Part shown: one piece after another, positions 11,612-20,823 of the stretch
How positions within the stretch are numbered: position 1 is the first letter of the stretch
Layout of the letters: every line of letters starts with the position of its first letter
NCBI GenBank assembly: GCA_965248355.1
Contig: OZ252098.1
Span: 3,232,001 to 3,296,000, forward strand
Length of the DNA: 64,000 nt
Reading direction: 5' to 3'
From: Candidatus Latescibacterota bacterium
GTDB taxonomy: Bacteria; Latescibacterota; UBA2968; UBA8231
Notes under the pieces: model-generated
Databases searched by the model: none
Seen by the model: the letters and a program-made list of their open reading frames with translations, nothing else
Told to the model about the DNA's origin: nothing
Translations under genes and position numbers: made by a program

Positions 11612-12220
11612 TCACTTAGCAAGATCGGGACCAGGGATCAGCTCGCCGGCGCGGACGGCAAAGGGCAGCCGGTTGTGCTCCGGCGGAAGGGGGCAGACGT
11701 AGTCGGGATTGTAGGCGCAAAACGGGTTGTAGGCGCGGTTGAAGTCCAGGACCCAGGAGCCGTTCTCCTCCACGCCGACCGGCGCGTAGCGACCCGCCGG
11801 ATAGGTCTGCCGCCCGTTGGTCGGGTCGGTGAAGAACACGCTGAGGCTGCCGTCCCGGCCGCTGCCGTAGACCTCGACTTGGTAAGAGCTCCCTGCGTGC
11901 TCGAAGAGGAACCGCCCGAGGCGCTCGACCACGGTGGTGGCGCCGGCGCTGTCGGGCATGGGCAGCCGGCGCACGCGTCCGTAGCGGTGGAACTCCCCCG
12001 GGATCCGCCACGCGGGATCCACCGGGAAGTAGCGCAGCCCGGCAAAGCCGGCCGCGTCCTCCGGCCGCAGCGGCGATTCGGGCCCGTGGCGCAAGAGGCT
12101 GTCCTTCAACGCCCGGCTCGCCGCGATCTCGACGGTCAGCGTCTCCTCGCTGCCAGCGGCCCCGTGGGCCGCACCGCTCCCGGCCGGGAGCAGGCACAGC
12201 AGCAGGAGAACGGACCGCCG
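11612..12220 (-). CDS. DUF1684-domain exported protein (start uncertain)
   Basis: FTDPTNGRQTYPAGRY and LDFNRAYNPFCAYNPDYVCPLPP..NRL...VRAGE. Confidence 0.85.
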   Translation of the reverse strand, partial: RRSVLLLLCLLPAGSGAAHGAAGSEETLTVEIAASRALKDSLLRHGPESPLRPEDAAGFAGLRYFPVDPAWRIPGEFHRYGRVRRLPMPDSAGATTVVERLGRFLFEHAGSSYQVEVYGSGRDGSLSVFFTDPTNGRQTYPAGRYAPVGVEENGSWVLDFNRAYNPFCAYNPDYVCPLPPEHNRLPFAVRAGELIPGPDLAK

Positions 12221-12290
12221 CCCCGATTGACGCCCCCCGGCGACCGGGGTTAATTCGCCGCCGCTGCCCGCTGTCGGAAAGGGGATTCGC

Positions 12291-13067
12291 ATGAGACTGA
12301 AGGATCGCGTCGCCATCGTCACCGGAGGCAGTTCCGGCATCGGCCGGGGCATCGGCCTGGAGTTCGCCCGCGAGGGGGCGCGTGTCGTGGTGGCCGATGT
12401 CCGGGAGGCCCCCAAGGCGGGGCGCTATCACGAACAGGACACGACCACCCCCACGGTGGAGGAGATCGGGAAGATCGGCGGACGGTCCCACTTCGTCCAG
12501 GCCGACATGGGCCAGGAACGGGCCGTGAAGAATCTCGTGGACGAGGCCGTGGCCACCTTCGGCGGTCTCGACATCATCGTCAACAACGCCGGCATCCACA
12601 TACCGGGCGATACCCAGGAAATGAGCGCCGCCCAGTGGGACCAGGTGGTGGGCGTGAACCTGCGGGGGCCCTTCCTGCTGATCAAGTACGCCGTGCCTCA
12701 CCTGGAGAAGTCGACCGCCGGCCGGGTGATCAACATCGGTTCGGTGCATTCCTTCCACGGCGGCGGCGGTCCCGCGTACGCGCCGGCCAAGGCGGGGATC
12801 GTCAACCTCACGCGGGACACGGCCGTGGAGCTCGCCGGCCGCGGCATCACGGCCAACGCCATTTGCCCGGGGTACATCGAGACGGCGATCCAGGACTACC
12901 TGACGCCGGAGCAGATCGAACAGAGCCGCAAGGCCACCCCCCTGCCCCGGTTCGGCCGGCCCCGCGACATCGGCCGCGCCTGCGTGTTCTTCGCCTCCGA
13001 CGACGCCGAGTGGGTCACGGGAACGGCGCTGCCCGTGGACGGGGGCTGGCTGGCGCCGATCGGCTGA
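12291..13067 (+). CDS. SDR-family oxidoreductase
   Basis: TGGSSGIG, NNAG, YAPAK catalytic motif, VDGGW. Confidence 0.93.
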   Translation: MRLKDRVAIVTGGSSGIGRGIGLEFAREGARVVVADVREAPKAGRYHEQDTTTPTVEEIGKIGGRSHFVQADMGQERAVKNLVDEAVATFGGLDIIVNNAGIHIPGDTQEMSAAQWDQVVGVNLRGPFLLIKYAVPHLEKSTAGRVINIGSVHSFHGGGGPAYAPAKAGIVNLTRDTAVELAGRGITANAICPGYIETAIQDYLTPEQIEQSRKATPLPRFGRPRDIGRACVFFASDDAEWVTGTALPVDGGWLAPIG

Positions 13068-13084
13068 GCCGAGTCGCGCGCCCG

Positions 13085-13268
13085 TATCCCGTATGTAGAA
13101 CCCGCCGTTGACCCCGAACTGCCTGACCCGCCGGCTGTACACGAAAACCGCGCGAGCCGATGTTCGCCTGCTTTTCGTGTTCCTCCGGGAACGTGTTGAG
13201 CAGCGTACGCCCGGCAGCAGGTTGCAGCCCGCGTACAGGTCGACGAGTGTGCGGCCGTCGAAGGTCAC
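13085..13268 (-). pseudogene. Relic of a TonB-dependent receptor C-terminus
   Basis: TFDGRTLVDLYAG.., then LNTFPEEHEKQANIG in another frame, then FVYSRRVRQFGVNGGFY; resembles the last barrel strands of TonB-dependent receptors. No upstream gene body. Confidence 0.5.
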
Positions 13269-13333
13269 GGGCGACGGCGCTGGCCTTCAGGATGCCCTGA
13301 TTCCGGCAAGAGTGTCTGGTTCAGCCTTCGAGA

Positions 13334-13363
13334 TTGACATCGCTGAGCCGAGGCCCATACATT
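13334..13363 (+). promoter_or_regulatory. Putative sigma-70 promoter for the tandem-YjbQ gene
   Basis: TTGACA-N18-TACATT, about 95 bp upstream of ATG 13458. Confidence 0.5.
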
Positions 13364-13457
13364 GGCGCGTCCGTCGAGGGGGACCGGCACACGGCCTGCG
13401 CGCGCCCGCCGGCGTTCCGTCCCAGCCAGGCCCCCCGGCGCAGGATCCGAGCCGCCC

Positions 13458-14555
13458 ATGATTCTGGTGAACCGGCACACCAAGGCCGGAGAAGGCCCCT
13501 TCCAGGCCACGCTCCGCATCGAGCCCGCCTCCCGCGTCGACCTGATCGACGTGAGAGGCAAGCTTCGCGAGGAGTTCGGTTCCGACTTCACCCGCTATCC
13601 CCGGGCCTTCTACATATCGGACCACACCACGGCGGGCTTCCTGGACCAGCGCCTCGCGGAGGTCTTCGAGTACGACGGCGCCAATATCCAGGACTACCTC
13701 AAGATCTTCCAGAAGCTCTTCCCCCCCGACGCCGGCTACGTCCACGACGAGCTCGACCGCCGCACCGAGCTCTCCGACAAGGAGCGCGCCACCGAGCCCC
13801 GAAACGCCGACTCCCACCTGACCTTCATGGGGGGTGGCCTGCACACCTCCGCCTCCTACGAGCTGCAGGGCGACGAGCCGGTGTGGTTCGTGGAGCTGGA
13901 CGGGGTCCACGTGGGCGGCACCCGGCAGCGGCGCACCACGGTGATCGCCTACAACGGCGAGGAGGAGGCCGCCCGCATGCAGGTGCCGGTGGCGGCCTCG
14001 GCCCACGCCATCGATGCCCAGAACCTGCGCGACCCGGCTCTCGGCTTCATCGCCCGGCTGGAGGAGATGGCCCGCGAGCACAAGGTCTCCTTCGGCCGTT
14101 TCGACGTGTCCCTGCCCCCCGAGGACCGCGACGCGGGCCTCACGGTGAACGAGTACGAGACCCTGCTCATGACCCACGATCTCCGGGAGGTGCTGGCCAA
14201 CCCCTTCCGCTACATGGCGCGCATGGGCAGGGGGGCGCTCCAGGTCCCCCGGAGCATACCCGCCAAGGCCCTCAACTACGCCCAGTACGACGCCGTCCAG
14301 ATCTTCAACACGATCCTCGACCGCGCCGGGATGCGCCACTCGGTGGTGGAGAGGGTGGTCAACCGGGCGCTGGCCGTCCCGGTCTCACACTTCCTGCGCA
14401 TGAAGCGGGGAATCAGCCTGCCGGTCCTCGACCGCAAGGGCGACGGCGGAGGGGAGATCGGCTGGGGAACCTACCAGAGCCCGATCCTGGTCCAGTGGAA
14501 CGGCGCCGGCGGCCCCACTCGGGCGCTGGACGTCACGCTAGTGCGGTTCGTCTAA
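13458..14555 (+). CDS. Protein with two YjbQ/UPF0047-like domains
   Basis: Domain 1: HTTAG..YVHD..NADSHL..FVELDG...R. Domain 2: AGLTVNEYE..L..DL..WGTYQSPILVQW. Confidence 0.7.
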   Translation: MILVNRHTKAGEGPFQATLRIEPASRVDLIDVRGKLREEFGSDFTRYPRAFYISDHTTAGFLDQRLAEVFEYDGANIQDYLKIFQKLFPPDAGYVHDELDRRTELSDKERATEPRNADSHLTFMGGGLHTSASYELQGDEPVWFVELDGVHVGGTRQRRTTVIAYNGEEEAARMQVPVAASAHAIDAQNLRDPALGFIARLEEMAREHKVSFGRFDVSLPPEDRDAGLTVNEYETLLMTHDLREVLANPFRYMARMGRGALQVPRSIPAKALNYAQYDAVQIFNTILDRAGMRHSVVERVVNRALAVPVSHFLRMKRGISLPVLDRKGDGGGEIGWGTYQSPILVQWNGAGGPTRALDVTLVRFV

Positions 14556-14568
14556 GGCCTGTCCGCCT

Positions 14569-15678
14569 TCACGGCTTCACCACCGCCCGGGTCACCGCCG
14601 TCGTGCGGTCCTTGCCGAACCACTCGGCGGTCTCGAAGGCGGTGTTGATCTCCTCCAGGTCGAAGCTGTGGGACATGAGGTCGGCCAGCGGATACCGGTC
14701 GCGGGTGCGGTCCAGCATCTCCACGGCCGCGGGCAGCAGCCGCGGGCTGTAGAACGAGACCGGGACGATGTACTTGATGCCGTGCAGCACCCGGTTGATG
14801 TCGATCTCCACCATCGATCCCGCGGAGATGTTGCCGATCTCGATGTAGCGTCCCCCCGGCCTCAGCATCTCCAGGCCCTCTGTCACGACGCCGGGGAAGC
14901 CCACCACCTCGACCACGGTGTCCGCCCCCGAGCGGCCGCCGCCGACCCATTCCTTCACCTGCGCGACCCGGTCCTGCGGATCGGTGATCTCGTTGATGTC
15001 GATGGTGTAGTCGGCGCCGCACCGGCGGGCCAGTTCCAGACGCGGTTGCTGCCCGTCGATGGCGATGATGGGTCCCGCGCCGCGTTCGCGGGCGTAGGCC
15101 ATGCCGTAGAGGCCGAGACCGCCGGCTCCCTGGAAGACGACGGCGTCCCCGGCCCGCAGGTTGGAGCGCTCGATGCCCTCCATCACCGTGGCCGCGGCGC
15201 AGTTGACGGAGGTCAGGGCGTCGTCCGACAGATCGGAGTCGATCCGGAAGACGAAGGTCCCCGGCCTGACGTACCAGTAGTCGGCGAAGCCGCCGTGGCA
15301 GTAGGGCCACTCCTCCACCGGCCTGACGATCTCGAAGTTGTGAGGGCAGTCGGTGTACTCGCCGCGGATGCAGTGGTAGCAGCGGTGGCAGGGGGTGTAG
15401 TAGCTGAAGATCACCCGGTCCCCCTCCTTCAGGGGTCGCTCCAGGTGGTCGGTGGAGACCTGGGAGCCCATGGAATGGACGCGCCCCACCAGCTCGTGGC
15501 CGTGGACGCAACCGTGCATGCGGAGATCTCCGCGCCACAGGTGCAGGTCGGAGCCGCAGACGCCGCAACCCGTGACCTTCACCAGGATGCCCCCGGGCTC
15601 GACCTCGGGGACCGGCAACTCCCGGATCTCGAACCGGTAGTCGTCGACGAGCACCGCTGCCCTGCCGCGCTCAGCCAC
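14569..15678 (-). CDS. Zn-dependent alcohol dehydrogenase (MDR family)
   Basis: CGVCGSDLH, GHELVG, CHRCYHCIRGEYTDC, GAGGLG. Confidence 0.92.
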   Translation of the reverse strand: MAERGRAAVLVDDYRFEIRELPVPEVEPGGILVKVTGCGVCGSDLHLWRGDLRMHGCVHGHELVGRVHSMGSQVSTDHLERPLKEGDRVIFSYYTPCHRCYHCIRGEYTDCPHNFEIVRPVEEWPYCHGGFADYWYVRPGTFVFRIDSDLSDDALTSVNCAAATVMEGIERSNLRAGDAVVFQGAGGLGLYGMAYARERGAGPIIAIDGQQPRLELARRCGADYTIDINEITDPQDRVAQVKEWVGGGRSGADTVVEVVGFPGVVTEGLEMLRPGGRYIEIGNISAGSMVEIDINRVLHGIKYIVPVSFYSPRLLPAAVEMLDRTRDRYPLADLMSHSFDLEEINTAFETAEWFGKDRTTAVTRAVVKP

Positions 15679-15702
15679 GGGTCACCTCCGTGAAGTGGTC
15701 GA

Positions 15703-16380
15703 TCATTGGCGCAACGCGGCCTTGATCCGGCCCCAGGATTCCGTCGTGACGGCAGGCTCTCCACTGCTCTCCGAGCAGTCCGTCGACAGTGGATCGTCGG
15801 CCCACCGCCGGATGCGCCAGGTGCCGGCCTCGTCCTGACGAAGCTTGAAGGTCATCACCTGATCGACCAGGAACCCTTCATCCGGAGCGTGCAGCAGCAG
15901 CAACCGCATATGTCCCCGATAGACATGCCAGTCCTCCTCCGGATGGCCGTCTAGATCTCCCTCGAAGACGATGGGCGAGTCAGCCCCGAGCTCGTCGTAC
16001 CTGTCCTCGGCGATGAGGTCGAACTCGATCGTGCGGAAGACGTCGAAGACGCCCCGCCTCGAATCATCGCCGTCACCGCCCATAACCGCCAGCTCCTCCT
16101 GTCTGTCATTCCAGTACAGGAGCTCGCCCCGACAGTCCACCTCGGTGAATACGAAACCGTCGTCCAGCAGGCTCTCGTAGAAGTCCGGATCGCGCTCCTC
16201 GAAAGCGAGCTTGAGATTGTCCATGGCGATCTCGGGAGTGCTGGCCACTTGGGGTGCCTCCACCTCCGGAGGCCGGCGCGGTGGCCCGGACGCACGGTCG
16301 GCGCACTGGGCCGACATCAGGGCCGCGGCCAGCGCCGCCAGGAGTACGCGGTTGAATCCCGTCTCGCGGAAAGTGTTCAC
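15703..16380 (-). CDS. Putative lipoprotein, possibly NTF2/SnoaL-like fold, with C-terminal SWGRIK motif
   Basis: GTG start overlaps the tal stop (GTGA); hydrophobic signal ending SAQC; acidic body; ends PAVTTESWGRIKAALRQ. Confidence 0.7.
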   Translation of the reverse strand: MNTFRETGFNRVLLAALAAALMSAQCADRASGPPRRPPEVEAPQVASTPEIAMDNLKLAFEERDPDFYESLLDDGFVFTEVDCRGELLYWNDRQEELAVMGGDGDDSRRGVFDVFRTIEFDLIAEDRYDELGADSPIVFEGDLDGHPEEDWHVYRGHMRLLLLHAPDEGFLVDQVMTFKLRQDEAGTWRIRRWADDPLSTDCSESSGEPAVTTESWGRIKAALRQ

Positions 16381-17513
16381 GCGCGGCGAGGCGGGGCCTC
16401 GCACCAGGTCTCGATGGCGGCCAGCAACTTGTCGAAGGGCTCCACGAAGAGACGTACACCGTCCTCCAGCAGCTCGTCCGTGGCTTCCCGCATGGATATC
16501 CCGAGCCCTTCGAGGGCGGCCATCACGTGGCGGGCCTCGTCCGCGTCCTTCTCCAGGGTGGCCTCGACGACGCCGTGGTCGCGGAAGGCCTCGAAGGTCG
16601 CCTCCGGCAGGGTGTTCACCGTATAGGGACCGATCAGTTCCTCCACGTAGAGCACGTCGCGGTAGTCCGGGTTCTTGACGCTCGTGCTGGCCCACAGCAG
16701 CCGCTGGGGGTTGGCGGCGGCGGCCGCCAGGCGGGACCAGCGGTCCCCGTCCACCAGGTCGCGGAAGTGCTGGTAGGCGAGCCGGGCGTTGGCGATGGCG
16801 GCGCGGCCCTTCAAGGCCGCCAGGGCCACCCGGCGCACGGCGTCGGTCTCGTCCGCCAGGCGCTCGTCAATGCGCGCGTCGATGAGGGTGTCGATGCGGC
16901 TGACGAAGAAGCTGGCCACGCTGGCCACGGCGGCCAGATCGCCGCCCTTCTCCAGCAGGCTCTCCAGGCCTTTCAGGTAGGCTTCGGCGGCGGCGGCGTA
17001 CCGGTCCCGCGCGAAGAGCAGAGTGACGTTGACGTTGACGCCCTCGGCGATGAGCCGCTCGATGGCGGGCAGGCCCGCCGACGTTCCCGGCACCTTGATC
17101 ATGAGGTTCCGCCGCCCCACCTCGCCGGCCAGGCGCAGGGCTTCGTCCACCGTGCCCTCCGTGTCGTGGGCCAGGTGCGGCGAGACTTCGAGGGAGACGA
17201 AGCCATCGCGGCCCCCGGACTCCTCGTGCACGGGCAGCAGCGCGTCGGCCGCCCACTGGATGTCCTCTACGGCGATCGCCTCGTAGATCTGCAGGGGCGT
17301 GAGCCCCGCGGCGGCGTGCCGGCGCAGCGCCCCGCGGTAGTCGTCCGAGCCGGCGATGGCCTTCTCGAAGATGGCGGGGTTGGAGGTCATCCCCCGCAGG
17401 CCGTCCTCGGCGATCAGCCGGCCCAGCTCACCGCTGGTGATCAGACTTCGGCGGAGGCTGTCGTACCAGACGCTCTGACCCTGCCGGCCGAGATCGAAGA
17501 TCGGATTGGACAT
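16377..17513 (-). CDS. tal: Transaldolase (long type)
   Basis: GMTSNPAIFEKA, VSLEVSP, NLMIKVPGT, VNVTLLF, SFFVSRID, LWASTSVKNP. Confidence 0.95.
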   Translation of the reverse strand: MSNPIFDLGRQGQSVWYDSLRRSLITSGELGRLIAEDGLRGMTSNPAIFEKAIAGSDDYRGALRRHAAAGLTPLQIYEAIAVEDIQWAADALLPVHEESGGRDGFVSLEVSPHLAHDTEGTVDEALRLAGEVGRRNLMIKVPGTSAGLPAIERLIAEGVNVNVTLLFARDRYAAAAEAYLKGLESLLEKGGDLAAVASVASFFVSRIDTLIDARIDERLADETDAVRRVALAALKGRAAIANARLAYQHFRDLVDGDRWSRLAAAAANPQRLLWASTSVKNPDYRDVLYVEELIGPYTVNTLPEATFEAFRDHGVVEATLEKDADEARHVMAALEGLGISMREATDELLEDGVRLFVEPFDKLLAAIETWCEAPPRRA

Positions 17514-17614
17514 GACCTGGGCTCCTGTGGGGAGACGGGAGGGTGGTGGCGGTAATATATCTCCCCCGAAGGCCGCTTGCCCGGCCCCCGGGGCCCGGGT
17601 AGGTTCTTGCGGCG

Positions 17615-18805
17615 ATGGCCACCATCGTCGACGGCAAGAAACGCATCCCCTTCATGCGGGGGATGCTCGTGCACCATCTCATCCAGCGCGGCTTCGATCA
17701 CGACGAGGCCTACGGCATCGCCGACGAGGTGCGCACCGAGGTGCGGCAGCGCAAGGAGGTGGAGCGCGGGCAGATCCTCGATCTGATCGCGGGTCTGCTC
17801 AAGCGCGACCATCCCGACCGCCCCCTCGGCAATCTCCTGTTCTGGGAACCAGCGCCGACGACGATCACCGTCGACCGCGACGCGGGCCCCCGGCCTTTTT
17901 CCCCCGAGCTGCTGTCCCATTCGATCCAGGCCGCCGGTCTGTCCCCCGGCCGGTCCTACGAGCTGGCCCGCACGGTGGAGGAACGTCTTCTCGACAGTGG
18001 CGCCAGCCGCATCGGTCACGGCGAGTTGGAAAACCTCGTGGAGGAGGTCATCCTCGACAGGTGCGACGAGAGTTCCGCCGAACGCTACCGGACCTGGCGC
18101 GCCTGGGGCGACCTGAACCAGCCGCTGGTGATCCTCATCGGCGGCGCCACGGGCGTCGGCAAGACGACTCTGGCCGTGAGCCTGGCCAACGTCCTCGACA
18201 TCCCTCGCGTGGTGGCCACCGACGACATCCGACAGATCCTGCGCCTTACCCTGGCCAAGGACTTCATGCCCTCAATCCACGATTCCTCCTACGACGCCGA
18301 AGCCGGGGACCTCCAGGACGGTCTCGATCCGGTAGTGGCCGCCTTCCACGAGCAGTCCCGCGTCGTCGGCGTCGGAGTGCGCGCCATCATGTCCCGCTGC
18401 ATCGAGGAGAACGCCAGCGTCATCATCGACGGCGTCCACCTGCTGCCCGGGATCTCGCGGTGGAGAGCCTTCGAGGAAAACGCCATCATCGTGCCCATCT
18501 GCCTGGCCCTGACCGACCGCCAGGCCTACGAGACGCGCTTCGCCAAACGGGAGGTGCAGGCCCCGGCCCGGACTCCGCGCAAGTCCCTGTCCAACCTCGA
18601 TCGCATCCTCAGCATCCAGGAGCACATCCTGAAGGGCTGCGATGACGAGGACATCCCCGTCATCGAGATGACCGCGGTGGAGGATCCGACGCAGGCCGCC
18701 GTGCTCGCCGTGGTCGAGCGGCTTCGACGGGTGGAGGAGATCCGCCAGCGCATCGCCGCCAACGGCAAGGCCGACGGCAAGAAAGCGAAGAAGAAGAAGA
18801 GATGA
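17615..18805 (+). CDS. 2-phosphoglycerate kinase-like P-loop kinase with N-terminal ATP-cone-like domains
   Basis: IPFMRGML and RPFSPELL cone-like starts; ILIGGATGVGKTT; ATDDIRQILR; SIHDSSY; IIDGVHLLPG. Confidence 0.75.
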   Translation: MATIVDGKKRIPFMRGMLVHHLIQRGFDHDEAYGIADEVRTEVRQRKEVERGQILDLIAGLLKRDHPDRPLGNLLFWEPAPTTITVDRDAGPRPFSPELLSHSIQAAGLSPGRSYELARTVEERLLDSGASRIGHGELENLVEEVILDRCDESSAERYRTWRAWGDLNQPLVILIGGATGVGKTTLAVSLANVLDIPRVVATDDIRQILRLTLAKDFMPSIHDSSYDAEAGDLQDGLDPVVAAFHEQSRVVGVGVRAIMSRCIEENASVIIDGVHLLPGISRWRAFEENAIIVPICLALTDRQAYETRFAKREVQAPARTPRKSLSNLDRILSIQEHILKGCDDEDIPVIEMTAVEDPTQAAVLAVVERLRRVEEIRQRIAANGKADGKKAKKKKR

Positions 18806-18933
18806 CCGGAATCATGCGCCTCTTTGCCCGCTGGCGGCACGGTCATATATTGGCGGCTCTCGTGACGAGGATGTTCGACCGTCCAGCCGGTTTCGCCTGG
18901 TTTTCCCGAGGCGGCCGGAGAAGGGGCAGCGAC

Positions 18934-19371
18934 ATGCTGGGCAAGAAGGAAAGCAACGGCGGCGGCGGCGAGACCCTGAACACGATCGTGGGCCGCGGCA
19001 CTCTCTTCGAGGGTGTCATGAAGGTCGACAACAGCGTCCGCATCGACGGAACCTTCAAGGGCGAGCTGTCGTGCTCCGGAACGCTGACCGTCGGCCAGTC
19101 GGGGGAGGCCCACGCCCAGCTCGAGGGCCGCGACATCTACATCAACGGGACCGTGCACGGCAACGTGCGGGGCGACAAGGTCCGCCTCGACAGCCAGGCG
19201 CGCGTCGTCGGCGACATCTGCTCCAACGCCCTGACCATCTCCGAGGGCGCCGTGTTCCAGGGCAACTGCTCCATGGAGATGGAGCTGGAAGCCGGGGAAG
19301 CCGGGCCGGAAGCCGGCGAAGGCGACGCCGGCTCCGTGATCCCCATGGACAGGCGCGCCTCGGGCAGCTGA
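18934..19371 (+). CDS. Bactofilin (polymer-forming cytoskeletal protein)
   Basis: TIVGRGTLFEG..VRIDGTFKG..INGTVHGNV..VVGDI..LTISEGAVFQGNCSM beta-helix. Confidence 0.9.
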   Translation: MLGKKESNGGGGETLNTIVGRGTLFEGVMKVDNSVRIDGTFKGELSCSGTLTVGQSGEAHAQLEGRDIYINGTVHGNVRGDKVRLDSQARVVGDICSNALTISEGAVFQGNCSMEMELEAGEAGPEAGEGDAGSVIPMDRRASGS

Positions 19372-19522
19372 GCACCGAAGAACCGGGCGAATCTCGCCGT
19401 CGCGCGGGGTCAGCAGTTCGGCGCCGCGCCCGCGCCCCGGCGGCCCCCGGCCGAGACCCCGCACACCCGGCGCAACCCTGCAGTTCCCGGGCAGGAACAT
19501 CCCACCGGCCAGATGGTCCCTC

Positions 19523-20056
19523 ATGTGCGGGCCCCGCCCCTGCCACTCGACACTCACAGCCGTTCCCGTACCGAACCTGGCCCCCTCGGGCGAACGCCGT
19601 ACCCGCGGCGCCTCCGAGACCCGGCTCTTCGGCCGGGAGCTGGCCGCCGCCCTGGCGCCGGGGGACCTGGTGGCCCTCGAAGGCGACCTCGGCACGGGAA
19701 AGACCTGCCTCGTCCAGGGGATCTGCGCCGGGCTGGGTGTCGACGAGGTGGTCAACAGCCCTACCTTCGTGTTGCTGAATGTGTACGCCGGCGCCGGGGA
19801 ACAAGGCGCGTTGCGGGTCTACCACTTCGACCTCTACCGCCTGGAGACGGTGGACGAGCTGGCGGAGATCGGCGCCGATCAGTTCTTCCACGAGGCCGAC
19901 GCCGTCACCCTCGTGGAGTGGGCGGACCGCCTGCCGGAGCTCCTCCCCGAGAAGCGCTGGCAGGTCGGTCTCGAGTACGGAGAGGAGGAGCAGGAGCGGC
20001 GGATCCGGTGGCGGCGGCCGGAAGCCGAGACCGGCTCCCCGGGGAAGGACGCTTGA
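19523..20056 (+). CDS. tsaE: tRNA threonylcarbamoyladenosine biosynthesis ATPase TsaE (start uncertain)
   Basis: LEGDLGTGKT, VNSPTF, YHFDLYRL, LVEWADR. Confidence 0.93.
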   Translation: MCGPRPCHSTLTAVPVPNLAPSGERRTRGASETRLFGRELAAALAPGDLVALEGDLGTGKTCLVQGICAGLGVDEVVNSPTFVLLNVYAGAGEQGALRVYHFDLYRLETVDELAEIGADQFFHEADAVTLVEWADRLPELLPEKRWQVGLEYGEEEQERRIRWRRPEAETGSPGKDA

Positions 20057-20823
20057 CCTTGTATCGCAGGTGGCTCCCGGCGCTGGCGGCGCTGGCCACG
20101 TCCTGGCCGGGTATTGCGGCCTCCCAGGACGGGCCCATGGAGTTGGTGCGCCTCGTGGACAGTCCCACCGCCGGCCTCGTGGACAAGGGGCGGTTCGCCG
20201 TCGACCTGAGGCTGTTCTCCGGGGGGGGCCTCATGGGCCAGGTCGACGCCGGACTGCTGCGTCGCCTGTCCATCGGCCTGGCCTTCGGCGGCGAGGGCGT
20301 GATCGGAGACGCCGACATCGAGTGGTATCCGAAGGTCGAGGCGGCGGCCCGCTACCGCCTCGTCGAGGAGAGCACGGGAATGCCCGCCCTGACGGTGGGC
20401 TACGACACCCAGGGATACGGCGCCCACTCCAACGACAGGTACCAGGTCCGGTCCAGGGGGATCTACCTGGCCGGCAGCAAGAACTACGGTTCCCCCCTCG
20501 GTCAGCTCGGCTTCCACGGCGGTCTCCACTGGTCCCTCCAAGAAGATGCCGGCGGCCTCTCCGGGTGGCTGGGCGCGGACAAGAGGCTCAACGAGGAGCT
20601 CTTCCTCATCGCCGAGTACGATGTCGCCCGCGACAGCAGCGACGACTCGTGGGCCTGGAACCTGGGCTATGTCAACGGGGGGGTCCACTGGTCGCCCATT
20701 CCGAGCCTGAGGCTCGGCTTCCTTCTCAAGAACCTCCTCCAGAACGGGGACCGCACCGGCCCCGGCGGCCCCGCCGCCGACCTGAGCCGCGAGATCTCCG
20801 TTCGCTACAGCGAGACCTTCTGA
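20053..20823 (+). CDS. Exported, probably outer-membrane beta-barrel protein (YjbH-like)
   Basis: TTG start overlaps the tsaE stop; signal peptide; LVDSPTAG; amphipathic strands; ends in F. Confidence 0.65.
   Translation: MTLYRRWLPALAALATSWPGIAASQDGPMELVRLVDSPTAGLVDKGRFAVDLRLFSGGGLMGQVDAGLLRRLSIGLAFGGEGVIGDADIEWYPKVEAAARYRLVEESTGMPALTVGYDTQGYGAHSNDRYQVRSRGIYLAGSKNYGSPLGQLGFHGGLHWSLQEDAGGLSGWLGADKRLNEELFLIAEYDVARDSSDDSWAWNLGYVNGGVHWSPIPSLRLGFLLKNLLQNGDRTGPGGPAADLSREISVRYSETF

Noticed and set aside
13068..13330. ncRNA or riboswitch in the SDR-YjbQ gap
   Set aside because: No recognisable RNA motif; better explained as a protein-coding relic on the minus strand.
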